DNA of 32,000 nucleotides from the NCBI GenBank assembly GCA_049296095.1, contig JBAQRV010000001.1, forward strand, positions 540,001 through 572,000, given 5' to 3'. Positions 1 through 7,249 of this stretch are shown piece after piece. Source of the DNA: Candidatus Saccharimonadota bacterium (GTDB lineage Bacteria > Patescibacteriota > Saccharimonadia > Saccharimonadales > Saccharimonadaceae). The notes under the pieces were generated by a model, which searched no databases, was not told the origin of the DNA, and saw only the letters and a program-made list of their open reading frames with translations. Every line of letters begins with the position of its first letter. Positions within the stretch are counted from its first letter, which is position 1. The position numbers and the translations under genes were made by a program.

Positions 1-606
1 GAGGAACTCGTTCACAAACGTTTCAGAACTCACATACAATACCTGTGCATTTGGATTCTTTTTAATAATTTCATTCCCGATCGCCTGCATGAGGTGGGTC
101 TTACCCAACCCCACCCCACCGTAGAGATAGATAGGATTATATTTTACCCCCGGGTTGTCGGCGACGGCCTGAGAAGCGGTGTAGGCAAGATCGTTACTCG
201 AGCCGACAATAAAGTTATCAAATGTGTAGCGGGGATTAAGGTTTCCATAACTCGACTGGCTCTGGGCCGGTGGTGCAAAAGAAAGAACGGGGGAGTTGGG
301 CGTGCTTGTTTGAACAGGCGCGCTGCTTTGAAGGGTTGTCTCTCGATTGATCCGCGTTTTTTTACCAGCGACAATAATAGTGTAGGTTATTTGCTTTGGA
401 GTCACCCCGTTAGAAGCTAAGACTTTTTTAATCTGTTCGTTAAACTTTACTTCGAATTGTTTCTTGGCAAAGATGTTAGGAACAGAGATAACCACCTCGT
501 CCTCGTTCTGGCTAATGAGTTCGGTATTCTTGTACCACGTTGTGAAAGTGGCATGAGAAACCGTGAGTTCGATTTCCCCCAAGACACTTTGCCATAACGC
601 GTTCAT
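1..606 (-). CDS. dnaA: Chromosomal replication initiator DnaA, N-terminal ~202 aa (the 3' part runs off the left edge of the window)
   Basis: The reverse-strand frame is open from ATG (rc of 604-606) to position 1. My translation begins [27 protein letters not shown] and reaches [23 protein letters not shown] (AAA+ Walker A) near the edge. An SD-like GGGGAGAG (rc of 615-622) lies 8 nt upstream. It is absent from the ORF track because it is truncated. Confidence 0.9.
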   Translation of the reverse strand, partial: MNALWQSVLGEIELTVSHATFTTWYKNTELISQNEDEVVISVPNIFAKKQFEVKFNEQIKKVLASNGVTPKQITYTIIVAGKKTRINRETTLQSSAPVQTSTPNSPVLSFAPPAQSQSSYGNLNPRYTFDNFIVGSSNDLAYTASQAVADNPGVKYNPIYLYGGVGLGKTHLMQAIGNEIIKKNPNAQVLYVSSETFVNEFL

Positions 607-675
607 CCCTAAAACTCTCCCCGGATATCTGTTACCTGAACTTTTATTACTTCTCACTATAGCGTAGGGCAGGGG

Positions 676-792
676 TTTTCCACAACCATAAATGAATTAG
701 AAAAAGGAGAGGCTGTATAGGGGTTCGAGTTGTACACAGTTATGGCCCACATCTGTTAAATATGTGGAAAAAGGGGACAATAGTGGGGATAA
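676..792. promoter_or_regulatory. Cluster of DnaA-box-like 9-mers in the dnaA/rpmH divergent spacer (candidate oriC or dnaA autoregulatory region)
   Basis: TTTTCCACA at 676-684, its exact inverse TGTGGAAAA at 763-771, and TGGGGATAA (rc TTATCCCCA) at 784-792. Each is one mismatch from TTATCCACA. An inverted CCACAT/ATGTGG pair lies at 747-752 and 762-767. An AT-rich stretch at 791-830 follows. Confidence 0.4.
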
Positions 793-876
793 GTTTTATA
801 TACTAATTCATTGTTTTGAAAAAAAGCAAATGGCAGACTTGAATAATAGGGGTGAATGGGGTAAAATGGTCAGGAT

Positions 877-1014
877 ATGCCAAAACGAACCCACCAACCA
901 CACACGCGTCACCGCGCTCGGACACACGGGTTTCGTGCTCGAATTGCTTCAAAGGCCGGACGCCTCGTTTTGAAACGACGCCGCCTAAAGGGCCGCGCGA
1001 AACTTTCAGTCTAA
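877..1014 (+). CDS. rpmH: 50S ribosomal protein L34 (45 aa)
   Basis: Hand translation gives [45 protein letters not shown], the canonical L34 sequence pattern. It sits in the conserved position upstream of rnpA. It is too short for the supplied ORF track. Confidence 0.9.
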   Translation: MPKRTHQPHTRHRARTHGFRARIASKAGRLVLKRRRLKGRAKLSV

Positions 1015-1018
1015 ATAA

Positions 1019-1049
1019 ATATCCCGCACATTTTCAGCGGGATATTTTT
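1019..1049 (+). terminator. Rho-independent terminator or attenuator hairpin between rpmH and rnpA
   Basis: A 9-bp perfect stem, ATATCCCGC (1019-1027) paired with GCGGGATAT (1037-1045), has a 9-nt loop and is followed by TTTT (1046-1049). It starts 5 nt after the rpmH stop. Confidence 0.6.
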
Positions 1050-1055
1050 ATGCCC

Positions 1056-1061
1056 TATAAT
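1056..1061 (+). promoter_or_regulatory. Candidate -10 hexamer TATAAT 7 nt upstream of the rnpA ATG
   Basis: TATAAT at 1056-1061, ATG at 1069, and no SD in between (aaatgac). This would give a leaderless or near-leaderless rnpA transcript. Confidence 0.3.
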
Positions 1062-1068
1062 AAATGAC

Positions 1069-1422
1069 ATGATCCCTGCCCTATTTCGTTTTCATGGTCA
1101 CAACAGTTTGCGCTACGTCTATGCCAACGGTAAGGCGGTTCGATCGCAGGCCCTGACACTGAAATGGGTCAAGAACACCCATCGACACAATCCACGCTTT
1201 TCTGTGGTGGTGAGTAAGAAAGTAATCAAGGGAGCGGTTGGGCGAAATCGGATTCGCCGCCGCCTGTATGAATACCTACGTCTCAATCTCCCCCGTCTGA
1301 ACGGTACTTACGATATTGTCCTTATTTGTACGTCAGCCGAGCTTCGGGCGATGCCAGCCTCGGAACTCTCGACGCTCCTTGAAGAGCTCTTCCTCAAGGC
1401 AGATCTGTATAAAACCTCATAA
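1069..1422 (+). CDS. rnpA: Ribonuclease P protein component
   Basis: A 117-aa basic protein with the RnpA motif SKKVIKGAVGRNRIRRRLYEYLR. It has the conserved rpmH-rnpA-yidC position. Confidence 0.85.
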   Translation: MIPALFRFHGHNSLRYVYANGKAVRSQALTLKWVKNTHRHNPRFSVVVSKKVIKGAVGRNRIRRRLYEYLRLNLPRLNGTYDIVLICTSAELRAMPASELSTLLEELFLKADLYKTS

Positions 1423-1425
1423 AAC

Positions 1426-1434
1426 TGATATAAT
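1426..1434 (+). promoter_or_regulatory. Candidate extended -10 promoter (TGaTATAAT) for yidC-jag
   Basis: TGATATAAT at 1426-1434. About 30 nt downstream is the SD-like GAGAGAGG, then the GTG start at 1465. Confidence 0.35.
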
Positions 1435-1464
1435 TTTACAGATAACTACGAGAGAGGCTCACCT

Positions 1465-2418
1465 GTGAACATTTTTGAACTGATTATTGTCCAACCTATC
1501 TTTAACCTGCTACTGGGTATTTATAGTGTGCTTCCTGGTCATGACTTTGGTATTGCCCTGATCATCTTCACGATCATTATTCGTTTTGCCCTGTGGCCGC
1601 TGGTTGTTCGTCAGCTGCACCAGGTCAAGCAAATGCGAAAACTGCAACCAGAGCTAGCGAAAATTAAGAAGGCTACTAAGGGTAATCGTCAGCTTGAGAG
1701 CGTGCAGATGCTCGAGCTCTATAAAAAACACGACGTCAAACCATTCCGATCAATTCTGACGCTGTTGATCCAGCTTCCTATCTTTATCGCCCTTTATCAG
1801 GTGATTCAGATCTTTACGTTGCACCGTGACCAGATCGAAAAGTTCACCTATAACTTTGTCGAAAATATTGCTCCGATTAAGGAACTGATTGCACACCCAG
1901 AGCTGTTTAATGAAAAACTCCTTGGATTGGTTGATTTGACCGCCCACGCTATTAGCCCAACTGGCGTGAATATCTTCTTGATTATCTTGGCGCTGGTAGC
2001 GGCTGGAACGCAGTATATTATTACCAAGCAAACCGCACCGACAACCTCGACCAAGCGCTTCCGTGATGTGATGGCTGAGGCAGCCGATGGTAAGCAACCT
2101 GATCAATCAGAATTGAACGCTGTCATGATGGGAAAGATGACCAAATTCCTGCCATTTCTCATGCTGTTCATTATGCTTGGCCTCCCGGGAGCACTGGCAC
2201 TTTACTACGCTACCTCAAACATTTTCGCGGCAATTCAACAACACTACATTTTGAAGCGCGATGCTGACGAGATGGATAAGATTGCCGATGAAGTTGTTGT
2301 GAAACCTGCGGGCAAAAAAGCAACTGCCAAAGCACGCGAAAAACAGGCTCGTGAAGGTAATGTCATTCGTATTAGCGCCAAGGAGACCCCTCGTTCTAAG
2401 AAGGGGAAGAAATCATGA
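1465..2418 (+). CDS. yidC: Membrane protein insertase YidC (short monoderm type with a Lys-rich C-terminal tail)
   Basis: A 317-aa multi-TM protein with the typical YidC/Oxa1 core (LWPLVVRQLHQVKQMRKLQPELAKIKK, LYKKHDVKPF) and a basic tail KKATAKAREKQ...KKGKKS. GTG start. Conserved synteny. Confidence 0.9.
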   Translation: MNIFELIIVQPIFNLLLGIYSVLPGHDFGIALIIFTIIIRFALWPLVVRQLHQVKQMRKLQPELAKIKKATKGNRQLESVQMLELYKKHDVKPFRSILTLLIQLPIFIALYQVIQIFTLHRDQIEKFTYNFVENIAPIKELIAHPELFNEKLLGLVDLTAHAISPTGVNIFLIILALVAAGTQYIITKQTAPTTSTKRFRDVMAEAADGKQPDQSELNAVMMGKMTKFLPFLMLFIMLGLPGALALYYATSNIFAAIQQHYILKRDADEMDKIADEVVVKPAGKKATAKAREKQAREGNVIRISAKETPRSKKGKKS

Positions 2419-2876
2419 ACCAAGAACAATCAACTGAATTTGCACGAACGTATTTAGCAGACCTTCTGTCATTCTTTGGGGTAAATGTTGAAGTTGTGGC
2501 GACGACCGAAGATGACGTGATCGAACTCTCCGTTCCTTCAACTGAATTGAATAGTTTATTGATTGGCAGAGGTGCTGAGACGCTTCGCAGCCTGCAGCAC
2601 CTGGTTTCGACAGTACTACGCAACAAAGACGCCGCACTCACCCGTGTGAACATCGACATTGCTGACTATAAGAAACAGCGCGAAGAGCGAATTGCCAAGC
2701 AAGCCCGCGAATGGATCGAAGAGGTCCGCAAGACTGGAAGTTCACATGTCGAGATGCTGAATGCAGCTGATCGTCGGATTGTCCACCAGGTTGCGACCGA
2801 GTATTCAGACATCCATACCTTCTCTGAGGGTGAAGGCCGTGACCGACGGATCACTATCGCCCAGTCTAGTTCTTAG
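2415..2876 (+). CDS. jag: Jag/KhpB-type RNA-binding protein (KH + R3H domains)
   Basis: 153 aa. KH-like LIGRGAETLRSLQHL. R3H-like region AADRRIVHQVATEYSDIHTFSEGEGRDRRITI. A 4-nt ATGA overlap with yidC. Conserved synteny. Confidence 0.8.
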   Translation: MNQEQSTEFARTYLADLLSFFGVNVEVVATTEDDVIELSVPSTELNSLLIGRGAETLRSLQHLVSTVLRNKDAALTRVNIDIADYKKQREERIAKQAREWIEEVRKTGSSHVEMLNAADRRIVHQVATEYSDIHTFSEGEGRDRRITIAQSSS

Positions 2877-3960
2877 CTTTTAACACTTTCATGTAGATGG
2901 CGTGGGTTTGCTCGGCTGTTTTCTTCCACGAGTATTTCTTGATTTGTTCATAACCTTTTTGAGACATGGTTGTACGAAGTTTTTCGTTGCCAAGGACTTC
3001 AGTAATGGCGCGAACCATATCGCCGGTATTGTAAGGATCAAAGTAGTGGGCGGCATCACCATAAACTTCAGGAAGACAGGTGGCGTTACTGCTCACAACC
3101 GGTGCGCCGCGGCTCATTGCCTCGAGACCAGGAAGTCCAAACCCTTCCATAAGTGAAGGGAAGACGTAGGCCTGTGTGTGGGTGTAGAGCCAGTTAAGCT
3201 CGGCGTCAGAAACGAAACCGGTATATAGAATATTCTTGTATCCCCTGCTAGTAAAGTAGGCTTCGTTGGCGAGTGCCGAGGGGTCTTTCTTGCCGACAAG
3301 GACAAGGCCAAGGTCGGGGTAGGTGGAGAGTAGTTTCTGGTGTGCATCACCTAATGCACGAATATTCTTGTGGTCTCCCTGCTGGCCTACGTACATGATG
3401 TACTGTTTATAGGGAAGTTTGTAAGGTGTGCTACCGCCCGAGACTGGCTCGGCGGCGAGGTGGATGGCGGTGGTTTTACCTTTAGCGTAGGGACTAAAAG
3501 CTAAAGTGCGCGATTTTGTGTATTTTGAAGGTGTAATAATCCAGTTGTTTTTCTTGATCACCCGCTTAAAGACAAAATATCCAACAGCCTGTTTGAACTT
3601 ATAAACAAACCAGTTTTTGTCAGACATATAAATATCAAGAAGGGTAAAGTCGTGAAAGGTTGTCACGGACTTTCCCCTATATAGCACGGGTTGTTGCGGC
3701 ATACAGAAATGAACCAAATCTGGTTTAAATGATTTGAGGAGTTTGTTTAGCCCGATTTGTTCAGCTAGTGAGTAATTGGCAAAGTCGGCAGCTTGAACGG
3801 TAAAGTTTGGGTTGGTCGGTTTCCAATGTTCAAGATCTTTTGTTGGAACAAGGATGGTGTATTGATTAGTGTGATCAATCTTTTCTAAATAAGTAATAAG
3901 ACGCTCGACATAGCGACCGGTTGTTGAGCTGATAATTCGTCCGTCAATAACAATGTGCAT
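2866..3960 (-). CDS. Glycosyltransferase family 4 (GT-B fold)
   Basis: 364 aa. C-terminal GT4 E-x7-E region FPSLMEGFGLPGLEAMSRGAPVVSS. It is the last gene of the minus-strand operon. Confidence 0.8.
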   Translation of the reverse strand: MHIVIDGRIISSTTGRYVERLITYLEKIDHTNQYTILVPTKDLEHWKPTNPNFTVQAADFANYSLAEQIGLNKLLKSFKPDLVHFCMPQQPVLYRGKSVTTFHDFTLLDIYMSDKNWFVYKFKQAVGYFVFKRVIKKNNWIITPSKYTKSRTLAFSPYAKGKTTAIHLAAEPVSGGSTPYKLPYKQYIMYVGQQGDHKNIRALGDAHQKLLSTYPDLGLVLVGKKDPSALANEAYFTSRGYKNILYTGFVSDAELNWLYTHTQAYVFPSLMEGFGLPGLEAMSRGAPVVSSNATCLPEVYGDAAHYFDPYNTGDMVRAITEVLGNEKLRTTMSQKGYEQIKKYSWKKTAEQTHAIYMKVLKAKN

Positions 3961-4379
3961 TAGTTCTGCCCCTTCTTGAATACGAGGCGGCTATAGAAGA
4001 TATAGTTCCAGATGAGCGAAGCGACTGTAGCGATTACCTTGGCAACAAAGAGGATGATCCAAGATTCCCAACTAGTGCTTGCGAGGAGTGAGCTGACACC
4101 AAGGATAACGAGTGGTTGAATAACCCACAGGGCAACGATAGTGATTGCGATAAAGATGATGAATTGTTTAATAACATTGCCACCCTTTGATTTGAAGGTG
4201 AAAGATTTGTTCACAAAGAAGCTAAATATGAACGATATCGAAGTCGAAATGTAGTTAGCTGGGATCTTGTCGAGGCCTAGGCCGACTAACAGGAATAACA
4301 AGCTAAAATCGAGGGCGGTATTTGCAATACCAACGAGACCGAAACGGAGTTTATCGGCGTGTTTTTTTAGGTGTTCCAT
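3960..4379 (-). CDS. GtrA/GtcA-family small membrane protein (candidate polyprenyl-phosphate-sugar flippase)
   Basis: About 139 aa with 4 predicted TM helices and a GtrA-like N-terminus (LRFGLVGIANTALDFSLLFLLV). I prefer ATG at 4379 because a GAGGAG SD lies 7 nt upstream. The track's 4394 start is a TTG. Confidence 0.7.
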   Translation of the reverse strand: MEHLKKHADKLRFGLVGIANTALDFSLLFLLVGLGLDKIPANYISTSISFIFSFFVNKSFTFKSKGGNVIKQFIIFIAITIVALWVIQPLVILGVSSLLASTSWESWIILFVAKVIATVASLIWNYIFYSRLVFKKGQN

Positions 4380-5301
4380 TGTGATACTCCTCAATAAAAT
4401 AAAGTGGGCGGTTTTTGGTCTCGTTAAAGATCTTGCCGATGTATTCCCCGATAATGCCTAGTGACAGCAACTGTACTCCACCAAGAAACAGAATGACGGC
4501 CATGGTCGAAGGGTAGCCACCGAGGTCAGTACCAAAGAAGACGGTGCGGATGACGAGGATGATCAGGTATAAAAAGGCGATGCTGGAAACAACAAAGCCC
4601 AGGATTGTCGAAACGCGCAGTGGGGCGGTGGTGAACGAGGTGATTCCATCAACAGCTAAGTTAATAAGTTTTAAATAATTCCATTTAGTTTCACCAGCGG
4701 CGCGTGGATCACGGTTGTACAAGATCTCTTTTTTGTTAAAGCCAATCCAACTAAACATACCCTTGGTGTAGCGTTGAGATTCACGGAATTGCTTCATGGC
4801 TTCGACGGCACGGCGATCGAGCAGGCGAAAGTCACCAGTGTCGGCCTGGATGGTGATATGAGTGAATTTCTGCAAGATCTGATAATACAGCTTTGAAGTG
4901 TTTTTCTTTAACCACGACTCGCCTTCTCGACTTTTTCGCTTGGCGTAAACATCATCATACCCCTGTTCCCAGAACTCGATCATTTTTGGGATGAGTTCAG
5001 GCGGGTCCTGGAGGTCGGCGTCGATGATAACGGTGGCATCACCAGTGACGTGGTCGAGGCCGGCGATCATCGCGATCTCTTTGCCGAAGTTGCGGGATAG
5101 ATTCACATAAGACACCCGATCGTCTTTATCGGCGTATTCTTTAATAATATCCATGGTGCGGTCTTTACTGCCGTCATTAACGAAGAGGAATTCGAAACTG
5201 TAATCCTTGGTATCGTTCGCAAGGTTAGCAAGACGCGTAAAAAGCTTTTCCAACACGGCCTGTTCGTTGTAGGCGGGGATCAAGATGCTGATCTTTTTCA
5301 T
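4351..5301 (-). CDS. GT2 polyprenyl-phosphate glycosyltransferase (GtrB/CsbB/ArnC family)
   Basis: 316 aa. N-terminal GT-A domain (ILIPAYNEQ, FVNDGSKDRT, IIDADLQDPPE) plus two C-terminal TM helices and IGEYIGKIFNE, the hallmark architecture of GtrB-like enzymes. Confidence 0.85.
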   Translation of the reverse strand: MKKISILIPAYNEQAVLEKLFTRLANLANDTKDYSFEFLFVNDGSKDRTMDIIKEYADKDDRVSYVNLSRNFGKEIAMIAGLDHVTGDATVIIDADLQDPPELIPKMIEFWEQGYDDVYAKRKSREGESWLKKNTSKLYYQILQKFTHITIQADTGDFRLLDRRAVEAMKQFRESQRYTKGMFSWIGFNKKEILYNRDPRAAGETKWNYLKLINLAVDGITSFTTAPLRVSTILGFVVSSIAFLYLIILVIRTVFFGTDLGGYPSTMAVILFLGGVQLLSLGIIGEYIGKIFNETKNRPLYFIEEYHNGTPKKTRR

Positions 5302-5340
5302 TGGTATAAGTATAGCATTTATCTCGAGAGAAGTAGTTGG

Positions 5341-6189
5341 TTATGTCACTTTTTCTAAGAGTGCTGTAATACTTCTGGCGGTTGTCACTCCAGCGTCTGC
5401 AAGGGCTTTGGTTTTTGCGGTCGCCGATTCTTGATCCGACCCAAGGATTGCCCCGGCGTGGCCGAGCTGGACGCCGACTGGGGCATGATGTCCAGCGATA
5501 TAGGCAAAGACGGGTTTGGTAATAGATTCTTTTATGTAGGCCGCGGCGTCAATCTCTTCTGAGCCACCGATCTCGCCGATGAGGATGATCTGACGTACCT
5601 CGGGATCTTGTTGAAATAATTTGAGGCAGTCGATATATCCCATGCCGTGTATTTGATCACCACCAATGCCAATAACGTATCGCTGGCCAATACCCTTTTC
5701 GGTGAGGCCTGCCATAGTTTCGTAGGTGAGGGTGCCTGATCGGCTCACGATGGCGACGTTGCCGAGCTTGCTCATGGCGGCTGGGATGATGCCAAGTTTG
5801 TTAATACCAGGTATGAGCGCGCCTGGTGAGTTGGGTCCGAGGAGCGTGCTAGATGAATCCCTCAAACGTTTCTTGACCTGGAGCATATCGTGGATCGGGA
5901 TACCTTCGGTGACGCAGATAATGAAGGGAATATCGGCGTCGACAGCTTCGAGGATAGCGCCCTTGGCATGGGGGGCGGGGACAAAGATGACGGTTGTGTC
6001 GATCGAGTCTTTGATGTCCTCGATTGAATCGTAGACGGGAACGCCATGTACTTCCTGTCCGGCTTTTCCAGGAGTGACGCCAGCAATGATATGTGTCCCC
6101 GCTTCAATCATGGCTTTGGTTTGGAAGCTGCCGTGGGCGCCAGTGATACCTTGAACGATGACATGTTTGCCTTCAAAAAGGTTAGTCAT
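5341..6189 (-). CDS. sucD: Succinyl-CoA synthetase (ADP/GDP-forming acyl-CoA ligase) alpha subunit
   Basis: 282 aa. VQGITGAHGSF, SRSGTLTYE and the phosphohistidine loop LGHAGAILG are all present. Confidence 0.9.
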   Translation of the reverse strand: MTNLFEGKHVIVQGITGAHGSFQTKAMIEAGTHIIAGVTPGKAGQEVHGVPVYDSIEDIKDSIDTTVIFVPAPHAKGAILEAVDADIPFIICVTEGIPIHDMLQVKKRLRDSSSTLLGPNSPGALIPGINKLGIIPAAMSKLGNVAIVSRSGTLTYETMAGLTEKGIGQRYVIGIGGDQIHGMGYIDCLKLFQQDPEVRQIILIGEIGGSEEIDAAAYIKESITKPVFAYIAGHHAPVGVQLGHAGAILGSDQESATAKTKALADAGVTTARSITALLEKVT

Positions 6190-7249
6190 GAACGACCTCT
6201 TTTGCTGCTATGAGGCAAGCCTCTAGGTCGGGCATGATGGTAATCTTTTCGCTAGCCAGGATTTGGGCCGCTTGGTCATAGTTTGTGCCGGCCAACCGAA
6301 TGAATAATGGGGGGAGATTAGCAATTTCTTTTTTGGCGGCAACGATCGCTTTGGCGACTTCGTCGGCCCGGGTAATACCCGCGAAGATATTAATGACGAT
6401 CGCCTCAAGATTCGGATACTCCACTAACTTCTCGAAGGCTTTTAAGAGTGTCTCGGTGTCAGCGCCGCCACCAATGTCGAGGAAGTTGGCGGGCTTGAGT
6501 CCCGCTTCGTAGGCGGCGTCTACGGTTGCCATGGCCAGGCCTGCACCGTTGGCAATCGTCGCGATATTTCCTTTTGGATCGATGGTGACAAAATTAGCTT
6601 CGGCAGGCGTTTCTTCAAAACTCCAGTCATGGCGGAAGGCAGCGGCATCGTCGAGTTCCATTTTGCAGTCGCCAGCGATGAGCTTATTGTCGGTGGTGAG
6701 AATGAGGGGGTTAATCTCGATCAAGGTAGCGTCATTGCGGACAAAACAGGTGTAGAGATTTTCTATAAGATCCTGGAAGGTAAAGGTTTGGTCGGGGAGT
6801 TCGTAGTAATCTGCTAACTCTTGGCCGATAACATCGACATTGAAGGAGTCATAGTTCAGGTTCCAGACTTTGAAATCGATATTGTCTTCGACCTCAACGC
6901 CACCGTTGGTGTGAGCCATAAAGGTAATGCCTGAGGTGGCGCGGTTGAGGGTGAGGCTGAGGTAGAGCTCTTTTTTGATAGAGAGTTTTTCTTCCGCGAG
7001 AACTGTCGATGCCTTAAAACCTTTAATCTCAAGCTGTAGGAGTTTTTTGACTATTGTATTTATCTCTTCTCGATTTTCAACAATAATAATACCACCCGCC
7101 TTTGCGCGTCCACCGATCGGTACCTGTGCTTTGAGCATAAAGGGAAGAGGTGGTGTTGATAGTTTATCGGCATGTATGAGCTGTGAGCGCGGCACTGAAA
7201 TGTCTGCAGAAGCTAATAATTGCTTTGCTTCATATTCAAGAAGTTTCAT
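6182..7249 (-). CDS. sucC: Succinyl-CoA synthetase beta subunit (ATP-grasp)
   Basis: 355 aa. The N-terminus MKLLEYEAKQLLA is typical of SucC. An 8-nt overlap with sucD. It is somewhat shorter than the ~388 aa of the E. coli protein. Confidence 0.85.
   Translation of the reverse strand: MKLLEYEAKQLLASADISVPRSQLIHADKLSTPPLPFMLKAQVPIGGRAKAGGIIIVENREEINTIVKKLLQLEIKGFKASTVLAEEKLSIKKELYLSLTLNRATSGITFMAHTNGGVEVEDNIDFKVWNLNYDSFNVDVIGQELADYYELPDQTFTFQDLIENLYTCFVRNDATLIEINPLILTTDNKLIAGDCKMELDDAAAFRHDWSFEETPAEANFVTIDPKGNIATIANGAGLAMATVDAAYEAGLKPANFLDIGGGADTETLLKAFEKLVEYPNLEAIVINIFAGITRADEVAKAIVAAKKEIANLPPLFIRLAGTNYDQAAQILASEKITIMPDLEACLIAAKEVVHD

Noticed and set aside
715-740. tRNA-like T-loop sequence GGTTCGAGT in the dnaA-rpmH spacer
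   Set aside because: The flanking bases cannot form the 5-bp T-stem (AGGGG is followed by TGTAC, not CCCCT). No acceptor or anticodon arm can be drawn, so it is not a tRNA.
764-1067. Track ORFs 764-973 (69 aa) and 852-1067 (71 aa)
   Set aside because: They overlap the unmistakable rpmH reading frame (877-1014) in other frames and run through the spacer and terminator. Their translations have no recognisable features.
1750-2106. Antisense or alternative-frame ORFs inside well-supported genes, e.g. 1750-2106, 2396-2659, 5726-6034, 6975-7319, 12245-12535, 17136-17507, 21401-21757, 24076-24387, 24095-24517, 25579-25943, 26966-27316
   Set aside because: All lie wholly within genes that have strong family signatures on the other strand or frame. 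Their translations are low-complexity or Arg/Ser/Cys-rich, as is typical of shadow ORFs, and none has start-site signals.
4380-4394. TTG start at 4394 for the GtrA-like gene
   Set aside because: ATG at 4379 has a well-spaced GAGGAG SD (rc of 4387-4392). The TTG start has none and lengthens the overlap with the upstream GT2.
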